DNA of 64,000 nucleotides, taken from Ascidiella aspersa. Its lineage: Eukaryota. The stretch lies in assembly GCA_963924565.1 (NCBI GenBank), contig OZ004611.1, forward strand, positions 19,964,001 through 20,028,000, given 5' to 3'. Under the pieces are notes generated by a model. The model was given only the letters and a program-made list of their open reading frames with translations, made no database searches and was not told the DNA's origin. This document shows, in pieces, positions 52,271 through 64,000 of the stretch. Position 1 is the first letter of the stretch. The number at the start of each line of letters is the position of its first letter. A program made the position numbers and the translations under genes.

Positions 52271-55227
52271 CTAAGAACCATCACCGCGAAAAGTTTGCCT
52301 ATCCCTTTGGTAAACAAGACGATCGTTAAGTAGCTGTCGTGATTAGATCACTCGAAATGGTGGACTGGACGTAAACACGTAAGGCATATTTCCAACCGTG
52401 GTTGAACCCTGGATCATGTATACGCCGCACAACGAAAAGCATGCCAACATCTGATTAGTATCCTATTATTTTGTATTAAGTGACCCTAAACAAAAACACA
52501 AATAACATATCAACGTAATGTTTACAAGTGGTGTTCAACGTTCCATAAAGGTAAATGCAACGACAAACTTTGGTGAGGTATTGTAGGCCGAATGTGAAAC
52601 ATATTTCTTTCTGAGAAGCCCTTACAGATGGACTTTACCATAACGTTTAAACATGCTTTTTTATAATTATAATCCAAACCGGAGATTTTGAAACGAGATG
52701 TTTAAAGCTTTAAAAATTGTTATAACTTCACACAAAAATTGTTTAGGGTAGGCTTCGTGCACTTCAGGATGCATTTTTTTCATTATAACGAATTATATCG
52801 AAGGTACATATATATCAAGGTGACTGGTAAACCGTATTGCAAAACAGTCCAATATAGTTTACTGTATCCTTGTTTCGATTTACAAAGCATCAAGGGTTAA
52901 CACGTCAAAAAAGTTCCTCCTTTAAATATTAATTTATTTACAGTGACAAACGCCAATAGATTTACAAATCCCACAGAATTAACAACAGCCATACTGTGAA
53001 AAATTAGAACAGGCTAAAGACTTCTTGCCTAATTTTACCTTGAAAAAGGTATTGTAGTGTCGCTTAAGGCTGCATAGACTCTGTTTTGTTGCGTTTTGCT
53101 CAACGCTTTTGTTTCGTTTGCTTTAAGAAATAACGGTAATCGTACAGTTCTACTAGAGTTGTAAAATACAACGGTATGGTGGGTCAGAAGGACGACAGAC
53201 TATTTGTTCTCTCTTTCGAAAACACATTTAGGGTCCTTAATGTATTAACCGCATGTGTATGTAGTATTAAAATTTAACCGCATGTGTACAGTATAAAAAA
53301 ACCCTGCATAAACCGTTATTATGATTTCCATGATGCCCTATGTATCAAAAAGTTTTAACTATTCCGATATTCAGGAGATAATTTCGGGTAATCTGAATTA
53401 CTACCCTTCGGCAAAACGAGACAATGCAAAATAGGGTGTACTTATTTGCCCGTCAATGATAGCCATACATTGAAATGGATAGCTTGCTAATAGTCTAAAA
53501 ATATCTAAACTAAACTTACTGTCACCTTATATATACGTTGGTGATAACCACATTTACAATAACACATTAGCTATCTAACAATGTTTGAACCAAATGGACT
53601 TTGTACATTTATGACCGTTAATGATAACTAAAGGGCGATCGAAAGCACGTCAATTTTCTGATGACAAACCTCGCGCGTTCTCAAACGACCGCATTATAAC
53701 TGTAGATCCACAAAACAAAAGCGTTTTAACAATTTAAAAATACATAAACTCAATTGGCTTTGCACAGGGGCGGATCAAGGATTTTTGTTTGGAGAGTGGC
53801 ATAATATATTGCAGATATAAAGTGACAATTTAGCTAGCATTAAAAATCGTGTTTTTGTCGAATAAACCACTGTGGAATTTACCATAATTTATGAGAATCA
53901 GCAGTTGGTTTCAGTTTGGTCACATAAAAGATTCGCCATATTTTCGACACAGCTTAACGGCTACACACCAAAATACGTAAAACGTTTATTTAACGAATCA
54001 ATGGTAGTATTTCAAAGACGTTACAGATTTGCACAAAAGGTAAGTAGATTAGTTGTCAGAAACAACAATTCGTAGAGAGTTTCAGTACATTTAGGGCTTG
54101 GTTGTGGACACATAAAAAATATAAAAATATGAAAAGGTAAAGCTGATATTTGTTGCAGTATGGTTTTTGAAGTTTGCAAAAAATACCATTTTTCCCCTGG
54201 CTGTGTGGAGTGTGTTCTGACATGACCATTCGGAATATGGAGGAATGCATCACTGAACAAAAGTGTACGTAATGTGCACTAATATACAGTGGTATAATAA
54301 CTGATCTATGTGTAAGCGTATAGTATGAAGTTACATGTATGTGACGTGGGAACGCGTTAATTAGTTTAACCCCGGTCAGTGATAACAATATTTACGTGTT
54401 TAACATTTTAACAAACTGAAAAAACACCTGCACATTCGTTACAAAAAACGACAAAAGGTTGGAACTTAAACGGCTGCTTTAATACCAACCGCCAGTAAGA
54501 ATTATTTCTGCCTGATCAATGCATGCCTGCTTTTCCACTATTTGAATAAAAAAATCAGATGCCTTTTGTCTTATTTCTTTGCGAAAAGTTTGTTGAGCGA
54601 CTGAGGTTTCGTATAATATGTTGAATTTCTTGGTTAGTTAGGAAACTTATTAGCGGCGCTTTAGTTGCTTTTTTGTGGCAAAACATTATCTTTGCTCGCT
54701 TTGTTTTTAAGAAGACTTACGTTTCGTTCTGGCCATTTTCCATTTTTGTTAAGCAAATTAGAAACTTTGCATTTTAGGCCGCTATGTCTAAAACACATAC
54801 GACCATAGTAAACATAATTTTGCAAAAAGCTCTTCGCAGCATTGAACGAAATTAATGAATGTATTTACAGTTTATTCGCAGTTAAACGCTACAGCCATGG
54901 TCAGCTTTAATTAATTTGTGATTTATTTAATTTATGTTCCCCTTTTTGCAAATTTGTAAAATATGAATACGTATACAAAAGTTAAAGCTCACCTGTAAAC
55001 GTTTTGCCTAAACCATTATCTTTTCCGATAATATCAAAATCTTTAATTTTTAAAACACATACACCAAATTACTTTTCAAAATAACACATACACGAAAATA
55101 GGTAGGCCTATATATATATATATATCCTTCGATGACCAACCAATATGTTTTATCCACGCGACTATATTTACCAGATAAATATTTTTTAATAGGTATTTAT
55201 ATATCAGGTATTATTGTAGCTTATGCA

Positions 55228-58188
55228 ATGAAGATCTTGATTCAAATTGTTTTGGTGTCTTGTGTGCTCCAGTCGGTAATCGGCGAAGAAGATTGTGCAC
55301 TCCACTGGGGCGAGTGCAGCACCTGGGATGGTCAGCGAGTAACAAATAAATGCATCAATGAAAGCGAGCGATGTGATGGAGTTCCCGATTGCTCTATTTT
55401 ACGCGAGGACGAGGAAAACTGTGAGACATGCAAGGAATTCTCGTCGATGTGCGAAGATGGGAACAAGTGCGTTCACCAAGACAATATTTGTGACGGATTT
55501 TTCCAATGTATTGACAACAGCGACGAGTGGAACTGCTTAACAGCCTGCCCTGTCAATCAGCATTTGTGTAACGACGGGAGCAAGTGCGTTGCGAAAAGAT
55601 TGGTTTGTAATGGATACAATGAGTGCCACGACAATAGCGACGAGTGGAATTGTCTGACAATCTGTCCCGATGATAAGTTTCTTTGTCACGATGGGAGTGT
55701 TTGCACCGAAGGAATGCATGTTTGCAACGGATGGAGCCAGTGCCACGACAATAGCGACGAATCGAACTGTGCTGTTTGCGGGAGCACGGCGGTTATGTGT
55801 GGTTGCTTGTCGAACCAAACCACATGTCAACCAACTGGGCGGTGTATCGACAAACAACTTCTCTTAGATGGCCGGGTGGATTGCGAAGACGGAGACGACG
55901 AACCTTGTACGCATTGGCAAGTAGATGTGAAACATTCGTGGCGCTGTTTGAATGAAAGTTTAAAAAACATCCTTTTGTCCTAAAAGATTGACTCAAACTG
56001 CAGCGAAGTAATTGGACAGTGTAAAGATGGCTTAGATGAACGTTGTTATACGGGAGAGTGGTTTTGTAGCCAGGCGAATTTAGAAGAATTCTACCAACTC
56101 GATGACGGATCCTATGGTCTTACATACGATCGATGTTTGACTCCTAAACCGGATTTTGGGTTTAAATGTTTAGAGAAAAAGGAAGTGTCTCGACTTACAA
56201 AAACCTGCATCTTACCACAAATTAACCTTTACGATGATATTGCCCATTGTGGGGACGGTTCAGATTTATGCTTCGATGAAGGGAAATTTAAGTGCTTTGT
56301 TTGCTTAGACAAACGATTAGTCATCTCTGAACGACAGGTCTGTGACGGGATTGTTGATTGCTACGATCTCTCCGACGAATGTTTATGTGGCGATCAAACT
56401 CTTTGTCAAGTAATCCTAGGCGACGCTAAAGACACTTGTCCTCACAATTATATACATTGTCACTCTAACAGCGATTGCGTGGCTATCGAGGAAGCGTTGT
56501 GCAATGAAGAGGCCTTCTGTGTTGGAGAATCCAATATTCCATGTAGTAGCTCACAAAAAGAAAATTCACCAACTGAGCAGTGTCCTTCTTATGGAAGGGT
56601 TTCTTTAAAAGTAACGTTTGCTCATAAATGCGATGGAAGGCCAGAATGTAAGTATCTTACTGATGAATGTGACGGCTGTGAAGACCGTCCTCCATTTTGC
56701 GACGATCCTTGTTCACTAACAAAGGCTTCCTTACAATGGAACTGCAGAGGTTTGCTCGACCCCTTAACTGGTAAATCAGTATGCAATGAAACGACGAGTA
56801 ACCTCTGCCCGAAACGTCACAACTGTCCCAACAATGAAAAATACACCAGCATTGACGTGGAAATGGTTTGTGATGGAACTGTAGACTGCGACGACCAGTC
56901 AGATGAGTTGGAGTCCATTTGCAAGACGAGGTTTTTTTGCGACAACAAGCAGCCGATATCAGTCGACATCTCATTGATTGAAGATGGACTAAAACAGTGC
57001 TCGGACGGAAGCGACGAATGTCCGACTGTAAGCAAGTACAGAACAGTATTTTCAAATGTTAGGGAAATGATTGCCAACCCTATTTTTAGAGCAACATTTT
57101 GGATTATGGGAGTTTTAGCAGGGTTCGGAAACTTTACCGTTTTTTTATCAACACTAAAGGAAATGTTAGCTAATAAGGAAGCGTCTGTAATCAAATCAAT
57201 GAACAATTTGTTTATAATAAATCTATCCTTTGCAGATTTCCTAATGGGTTTGTATTTGCTTGGTATAGCCGCTAAAAGTGCCCAACTTTCTGGCATATAT
57301 TGTACAAACGACACCGTCTGGCGAACCAGTGTTAGTTGCAATATTTTCGGATTTTTAGTGATCCTTGCTTCTACAGCTAGTGCTTTAACAATGGCAATAA
57401 TGACTGGCTACCGGCTCTACACTGTATGTAATCCGTTTGTGTCGAGAGAAGTAAATCTTAAAAGGGTTTATTTTTATTGTATGAGTGTTTGGGTCGTCAG
57501 TGTGTTACTGGGCGCTATACCCTTGTTTGATTACCAATCTGGTTATTTTGTTTCTCACGTTTGGTTTTCAAACCTGTTTTTTCAAACCGATAGAGTTCCC
57601 CGAAACGACGCTTTGCAACTCGCAAAACGAATATCAAAGGAAAATATTTCCGATTTTTCTTGGTACGAAGCTAAACAATTAATAAGAGCAACTTTTCCTC
57701 AGTTCCCTATCAAAGGGGAATTTGGGTATTACGGTGAAACCAGTGTTTGTATGCCACGGTTGTTTGCGTCAGTAAATGAAGCGTCATGGCAATATTCCAT
57801 ATTTCTCATTTCTCTTAACTGTTTGTTGTTTATCTTTATGTTCGTATCATATCTTGTAATTTACCAAAAAAGCAACAAAATGTCCAAAGCTAAAAAGAAG
57901 CAAGTTAATACCAAAATGCAAAGACGTATTTCTCGTTTGCTGATAACTGACTTCTGTTGTTGGATTCCATTGTGTCTTTGTGGTTTCTTGGCTACAGCGG
58001 GTGTTTCACTTTCCAAAGAGGTTTACATTGTAGCTGCTGGAATATTGCTTCCTATCAACAGTGCTATGAACCCATTTCTTTATTCCAATATGTTCGACAT
58101 GTTGTACATGTCGTGCATAACGTTTGTTAGGACTAGGCTTTCTAATAAGACAACAGTAACTAAAACAATCGAGATCCGATCTGCCTAA
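55228..58188 (+). pseudogene. Intronless LDLa-repeat class A GPCR (GRL101/RXFP-related) interrupted by one in-frame TAA at 55981-55983
   Basis: Signal peptide MKILIQIVLVSCVLQSVIG, many CDG..DC.D.SDE repeats, and a 7TM domain with NLSFADFLMGLYL, TDFCCWIP, LPINSAMNPFLY. ORFs 55132-55983 and 56137-58188 share one frame and the sequence between them is open. The paralog has TAT at the stop position. Confidence 0.85.
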
Positions 58189-59929
58189 CTTAACTAGTGT
58201 TTCTTATTTTTGTAACACTTGTAAATAAACAAACAAGGTTTTTTGCTTAGTGCAATGTTTTTATGGGCTTTGTTCGTACATTTAAACCAAATTTTGAGGT
58301 TGTGAAAACTTCAGACATCTTATGAACAACGCCTTGTTGAATTAAAACGACGCTTGCTGTTGATAAGACCCTCCTATATAAGGGTTACTAAAACAATGCA
58401 TCAAAGGGTCAATTCACTAAATTATATTGTACACATGTATTTTCACGCTTTTTTGTCATGCCTTGTCGTTGAAACACCATGATTAGGCACGTTTTTGCAT
58501 TTTTTACTAATTATATTTTTTTGATGTAAATGCTGTAAATTGGTTCACATAAAATACACATATATTACAATATTGTCTGTGAGTTTGTAGAAATTCGAAG
58601 TATGAAGGAACTTTTTAAAATACTTTTGAAAACGAAAAAACACAGGCGAGATCACGCGAACTCAAGTTTAACCAACCAATAAATAGTTGTTTGTTTGTCC
58701 TTGGCCTGTCAAACTCATTTTTTTTAAAACTGCTAAGCTAGCGGCTTTGTCCCAGAATAAAACCCATAAAGTTGTTTACACAAAGTTTTGATGATGCCTG
58801 CGAAAATTACATTCAGCAGATGGATGTTTTTAGGTGCTTCGTATAACCCGATAAGTAGAGCAGTATACCGTAAGATAGCCTTCGCCAAGTTGTATTAAGT
58901 CTTCAATTAGGTATATATAATCAATGAAGGACTTTGTCTAACTGGAGATTAAAACATAAAAATGCTTACTTGTGGATTTTTGTGAATGACCCCAGCAGAA
59001 GCTTACAGTCATACAAGTCTGTATAGTTGGTTAACTTATTGTTATTTAATAATGAGACTCGGTGCGTAATAATAGGATTGCAAGTCCAAAATATACATGT
59101 TGTGCTTATCCGAATAGGCCCGGATATCGTTCTATAGGAAATACTGTAGCGAATTAATGGTCGTCGTTGTTTATTGTAATGCATTATTATAAACTCTTGT
59201 TGGTTGTTTGGTTCCGTAAAATACTAAGTGTTCCGTGCCTCCGTGGCTTAAAAAAGTTTGAAAAACCCTGTTATTTTGCGTAGGCTATAATATTTAACTA
59301 CCTCGTGCATATCAATCATCAAAAGTTTTGAAAGTTGAAATGTTATAAAATTAAAAAAATAAGCTTTTTTTTGCTGGTTGCGGCCCATGTAACATTCCGG
59401 CAGGGGTACTTCATTTTTTTAACCCACAACCCAAAATTGTTTTTTTGTCGCGTGGGCCAGAAACGGCATGAAATTTTTATAGTTGACAACATAAAACAAG
59501 AAGTCGTAAGAAATCTGCTGTTTTCGATTCAACAAATGTCAAACTGAAATGGAGTCCAAATACATCAAAGGAGAAGGCACAAAAGCGTTTTACAATTAAA
59601 AATTTTATTCTGAACAAGTTATTCCATTTTTTAAATAACACCCTCAGGTTTTAACTCGGCCTTAATTTCCCCGTAAGTCTAGTTCACGTACCCCAAAGGG
59701 TTCCACGGACTCCACTTTAAGAACCCCTGCCACAGCAGCTAAACAATGATTACCTAACACTTTGAGCGGAGTAGGATTACCCAGATTAATTAGCAGGAAT
59801 TGCAATTTTGATACAGTTGTAGTCCAACGGCTTACCTATGTATTAACTAATGCTCCCAGGCATTATATTGATAATCAAGATTAGCTCATGCTGCTACCCT
59901 TCTTGTGAATGTTTCTTTATTCCGAAAAT

Positions 59930-60295
59930 GTTATTTTCCTGTCGTCTGACTCTCGTGCTATTACAGACGCGGCAATAAAATGAATTTTGTGGTCTCGTCA
60001 TATTGCATGGTTCGAAAGTGCAGACTTTTGTGCGTCAATGTTAGCACCATCCTTTTGGTGTTCTTTTCGGCGAGTCTTGAACGACCTTTCGGTCTCCTTG
60101 ATACGACAAACACTAAATTACAATCTATACAGGGGATTGAATGCACAAAGCCTCGTTGGTTAAAGAAACCGATTGGATCTTTAGGGTGACTCAAAAGTTT
60201 GCGGAGATTACTGGCAGGTTTTACACTAACCGCTATACTGAAGTCTCCCAACATATGCCGTAATACATTAGTTATAGTTTTGGTATAGGCAGCGT
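59930..60295 (-). mobile_element. Penelope-like retroelement GIY-YIG endonuclease relic
   Basis: KPASNLRKLLSHPKDP...GFVHSIPCIDCNLVFV, then a frameshift into ETERSFKTRRKEH...KSALSNHA..DHKI, typical of the PLE RT-to-GIY-YIG region. Confidence 0.8.
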
Positions 60296-61771
60296 AACAA
60301 CCTATATGATTTTAACCTTAATAGCTATCCTATATGATCACTTAGAAAACCTGAAATTATATAACTCGGAAACGCATTAAATTTTATCGTTTATAAACAA
60401 AAAAATAACGTGAAAAAAACGTGATTTAAAATTAGGCGTTTAAACTCTCGATAAAAGTTTCTGGTTATAAAAGAATTTGCAATGAAACAGAACTGTCAAT
60501 ATTAATTGTAATGAGAAAAATACAGGAATTTTTAACTCTTAAGCACCTTTTTTAAATATATTTATGGAATTTTCAAAAACCAATGAAGAATCCCTGGTCC
60601 AGACTTTAAATATTGTCGTTATTTCACCACACTGTTTTATTATTGTGTTAAATCGTGAATATAGGTGTCAAACAGAATTGAACTTGGATTGATGTGCGTT
60701 TACAGCTGTTGACGTTTAATTTTAGAACGAGCCATCAATGCTGCGATGACACTTAGAGACATTGTAGCGTGCATGTCGTTGTTTTCGACTCTCCCTGTGC
60801 AGATTGTAATTTAGTATATGTAGTATCGAGGAGATTTCAAGATACAAAACTTGCGTTGATTGATATGCAGGAGTTATTTAAATATTAGCCTACACAATGA
60901 CAGGGGTTTTCATCCTTTTTTAGGCCACGGAACACTTTATGAATCAAGTATTTTACGGAAAGTAAACAACGACGATCATTTATTTGCGACATATTTTCCA
61001 TAGAACGAGCGGGCATGTTGGAATAAACACAAATATGTATTCGGGCTGGATTGCAATCCTATTGTTACGCAACAAGAAATTAGGCAAATCACAATAGAAA
61101 GCGCAAAATGGTGATAGTGGATAATAATTATTTTCATAAAACAAAAAAGTCTATTGTGTTAACCGGTGACTTTTTATCGGAGTTCCATGGGATATTTATA
61201 AAATTTTCGAATTTTTCGCGAAACACCTGGCCATCTAACACGAAACACTGGTTAAAATCACTCGCCTATACAGCAACAAAAACTTGTATTACGGCAAGCT
61301 TCTTTGCTAATGTCATTCATAAAAATTAGAGAAAATCCTTTCCAAGTATTAATCGCGTATTTACTTCCAGTTTCTGCAAACTAACAGACAATATTGTAAT
61401 ATAGGTGTATTTTATGTGAACCAAATTACAGCATTTACATCAAAAAAATATAATCAGTAAAAAATGCAAAAACGTGCCTAATCATGGTGTTTCAACGACA
61501 AGGCATGCCAAAAAGCGAGAAAATACATGTGTACAATATAATTTAGTGATTTGACCCTTTGAAGCATTGTTGTAATAAGCCTTAGGAGGGTCTTATCAAC
61601 AGCAAGCTTCGTTCTAACTCAACAAGGTGTTGTTCATAAGATGTCTGAAGTTTTCACAACCTCGCGATTCGGTTTAAATGTACAAACAAAGCTCATAAAA
61701 ACATTTCACGAAGCAAAAAACCTTGTTTGTTTATTTACAAGGGTTATAAAAATATTAAACCCTAGTTAAGG

Positions 61772-64000
61772 TTAGGCAGATCGGATCTCGCTCGTTTCAG
61801 CTCCTGTTGTCTTATCAGAAAGCCTAGTCCTAACAAACGTTTTGTACGACATGTACAACATGTCAAACATATTTGAATAAAGAAATGGGTTCATAGCACT
61901 GTTGATAGGAAGCAATATTCCAGCAGCTACGATGTAAACCTCTTTGGAAAGTGAAACACCCGCTGTAGCCAAGAAACCACAAAGACACAATGGAATCCAA
62001 CAACAGAAGTCAGTTATCAGCAAACGAGAAATACGTCTTTGCATTTTGGTATTAACTTGCTTCTTTTTAGCTTTGGACATTTTGTTGCTTTTGTGGTAAA
62101 TAATAACATACGATACAAGCATAAAGATAAACAACAAACAGTTAAGAGAAATGAGAAATATGGAATATTGCCATGACGCTTCATTTACTGACGCAAACAA
62201 CCGTGGCATACAAACACTGGTTTCACCGTAATACCCAAATTCTCCTTTGATAGGGAACTGAGGAAAAGTTGCTTCTATCAATTGTTTAGCATCGTACCAA
62301 GAAAAATCGGAAATATTTTCCTTTGATATTCGTTTTGCGAGTTGCAAAGCGTCGTTTCGGGGAACTCTATCGGTTTGAAAAAACAGGTTTGAAAACCAAA
62401 CGTGAGAAACAAAATAACCAGATTGGTAATCAAACAAGGGTATAGCGCCCAGTAACACACTGACGACCCAAATACTCATACAATAAAAATAAACTCTTTT
62501 AAGATTTACTTCTCTCGACACAAACGGATTGCACACAGTGTAAAGCCGGTAGCCAGTCATTATTGCCATTGTTAAAGCACTAGCTGTAGAAGCAAGGATC
62601 ACTAAAAATCCGAAAATATTGCAACTAACACTGGATCGCCAGACGGTGTCGTTTGTGCAATATATGCCAGAAAGTTGGGCACTTTTAGCGGCTATGCCAA
62701 GCAAATACAAACCCATTAGGAAATCTGCAAAGGATAGATTTATTATAAACAAATTGTTCATTGATTTGATTACAGACGCTTCCTTATTAGCTAACATTTC
62801 CTTCAGTGTTGATAAAAAAACGGTTAAATTTCCGAACCCTGCTGAAACTCCCATTATCCAAAAAACTGCTCGAAAAATAGGGTTAGCAATCATTTCCCTA
62901 ACATTTGAAAATACTGTACTGTACTTGCTTACAGTCGGACATTCGTCGCTTCCGTCCGAGCACTGCTTTAGTCCATCTTCAACCAATGAGATGTCGACTG
63001 ATAACGGCTGCTTGTTGTCGCAAAAAAACCTCGTCTTGCAAATGGACTCCAACTCATCTGACTGGTCGTCGCAGTCTACTGTTCCATCACAAACCATTTC
63101 CACGTCAATGCTGGTGTATTTTTCATTGTTAGGACAGTTGTGACGTTTCGGGCAGAGGTTTCTCGTCGTTTCATTGCATACTGATTTACCAGTTGAGGGG
63201 TCAAGCAATCCTCTGCAGTTCAACTTTAAAAAAGCTTTTGTTAGTGAACAAAGATCGTCGCAAAATGGAGGACGGTCTTCACAGCCGTCACATTCATCAG
63301 TAAGAGAGTCACATTCTGGCCTTCCATCGCATTTATGAGCAAACGTTCCTAAAGAAGAAGCCCTTCCATAAGAGGGACACTGCTCAGTTGGTGAATTTTC
63401 TTTTTGTGAACTACTGCATGGAATGTTGGATTCTCCAGCGCAGAATGCCTCTTCATTGCACAACGCTTCCTCGATAGCCACGCAATCGCTGTCAGAGTGA
63501 CAATGTATGTGATTGTGGGGACAAGTGTATTTAGCGTCGCCTAGGATTACTTGACAAAGAGTTTGATCGCCACATAAACATTCGTCCGAGAGATCGTAGC
63601 AATCAACAATCCCGTCACAGACCTGTCGTTCAGAGATCACTAATCTTTTGTCTAAGCATACAAAGCACTTAAACTTCCCTTCATCGAAACATAAATCTGA
63701 TCCGTCCCCACAATGGGCAATATCATCGTAAAGGTTAATTTGTGGTAAGATGCAGGTTTTTGTAAGTCGAGCCACTTCCTTTTTTTCTAAACATTTAAAC
63801 CCAAAACCCGATTTAGGAGTCAAACATCGATCGTATGTAAGACCATAGGATCCGTCATCGAGTTGGTAGAATTCTTCTAAATTCGTCTGGCTACAAAACC
63901 ACTCTCCCGTATAACAACGTTCATCCAAGCTATCGCTACATGGTATAATAACTTCGCTGCAGTTTGAGTCAGGCTTATAGGACAAAAGGATGTTTTTTTT
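61772..64000 (-). CDS. LDLa-repeat class A GPCR (GRL101/RXFP-related), inverted paralog; 5' end beyond the window
   Basis: Open frame of at least 737 aa running to the window edge; highly similar to the + copy, with LDLa repeats and 7TM motifs. Confidence 0.93.
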   Translation of the reverse strand, partial: KKNILLSYKPDSNCSEVIIPCSDSLDERCYTGEWFCSQTNLEEFYQLDDGSYGLTYDRCLTPKSGFGFKCLEKKEVARLTKTCILPQINLYDDIAHCGDGSDLCFDEGKFKCFVCLDKRLVISERQVCDGIVDCYDLSDECLCGDQTLCQVILGDAKYTCPHNHIHCHSDSDCVAIEEALCNEEAFCAGESNIPCSSSQKENSPTEQCPSYGRASSLGTFAHKCDGRPECDSLTDECDGCEDRPPFCDDLCSLTKAFLKLNCRGLLDPSTGKSVCNETTRNLCPKRHNCPNNEKYTSIDVEMVCDGTVDCDDQSDELESICKTRFFCDNKQPLSVDISLVEDGLKQCSDGSDECPTVSKYSTVFSNVREMIANPIFRAVFWIMGVSAGFGNLTVFLSTLKEMLANKEASVIKSMNNLFIINLSFADFLMGLYLLGIAAKSAQLSGIYCTNDTVWRSSVSCNIFGFLVILASTASALTMAIMTGYRLYTVCNPFVSREVNLKRVYFYCMSIWVVSVLLGAIPLFDYQSGYFVSHVWFSNLFFQTDRVPRNDALQLAKRISKENISDFSWYDAKQLIEATFPQFPIKGEFGYYGETSVCMPRLFASVNEASWQYSIFLISLNCLLFIFMLVSYVIIYHKSNKMSKAKKKQVNTKMQRRISRLLITDFCCWIPLCLCGFLATAGVSLSKEVYIVAAGILLPINSAMNPFLYSNMFDMLYMSYKTFVRTRLSDKTTGAETSEIRSA

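Noticed and set aside
54021-54260. Possible minus-strand exon (HIPNGHV, sushi-like)
   Set aside because: Too short; the Cys/Trp spacing of a CCP domain was not recovered and there are no partner exons.
56817-57341. 174-aa antisense ORF conserved in both GPCR copies (also 62619-63143)
   Set aside because: Shadow of the GPCR frame; its conservation follows from the near-identity of the duplicates.

Overview
AT-rich, intron-containing animal genomic DNA. Compact introns, abundant MITEs and LDLa-7TM receptors suggest a marine invertebrate, possibly an ascidian, but this is inference. Hand-spliced gene content from left to right: (1) the 3' part of an SLC6 Na+/Cl- amino-acid transporter (+, 626-5814, 5' end outside the window); (2) a TE-rich interval with a 2.1-kb tandem duplication; (3) a decayed MFSD4/NaGLT1-like pseudogene and an intact 9-exon paralog (+, 20575-28477); (4) a 2-exon orphan gene for a secreted, probably furin-processed Cys-rich protein with an IL-17/cystine-knot-like C-terminus (+, 29981-32479); (5) a complete 14-exon SLC6A7(PROT)-like paralog (-, 49017-34377), whose largest intron holds a 3-kb TIR element carrying a FEM1B-like gene fragment; (6) two GRL101/RXFP-related LDLa-repeat GPCRs, intronless within the window, in a tail-to-tail palindrome, the left copy split by a single TAA. 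Several introns contain Penelope-type terminal-repeat relics with minimal hammerhead-ribozyme cores. All calls come from manual reading, without database searches.
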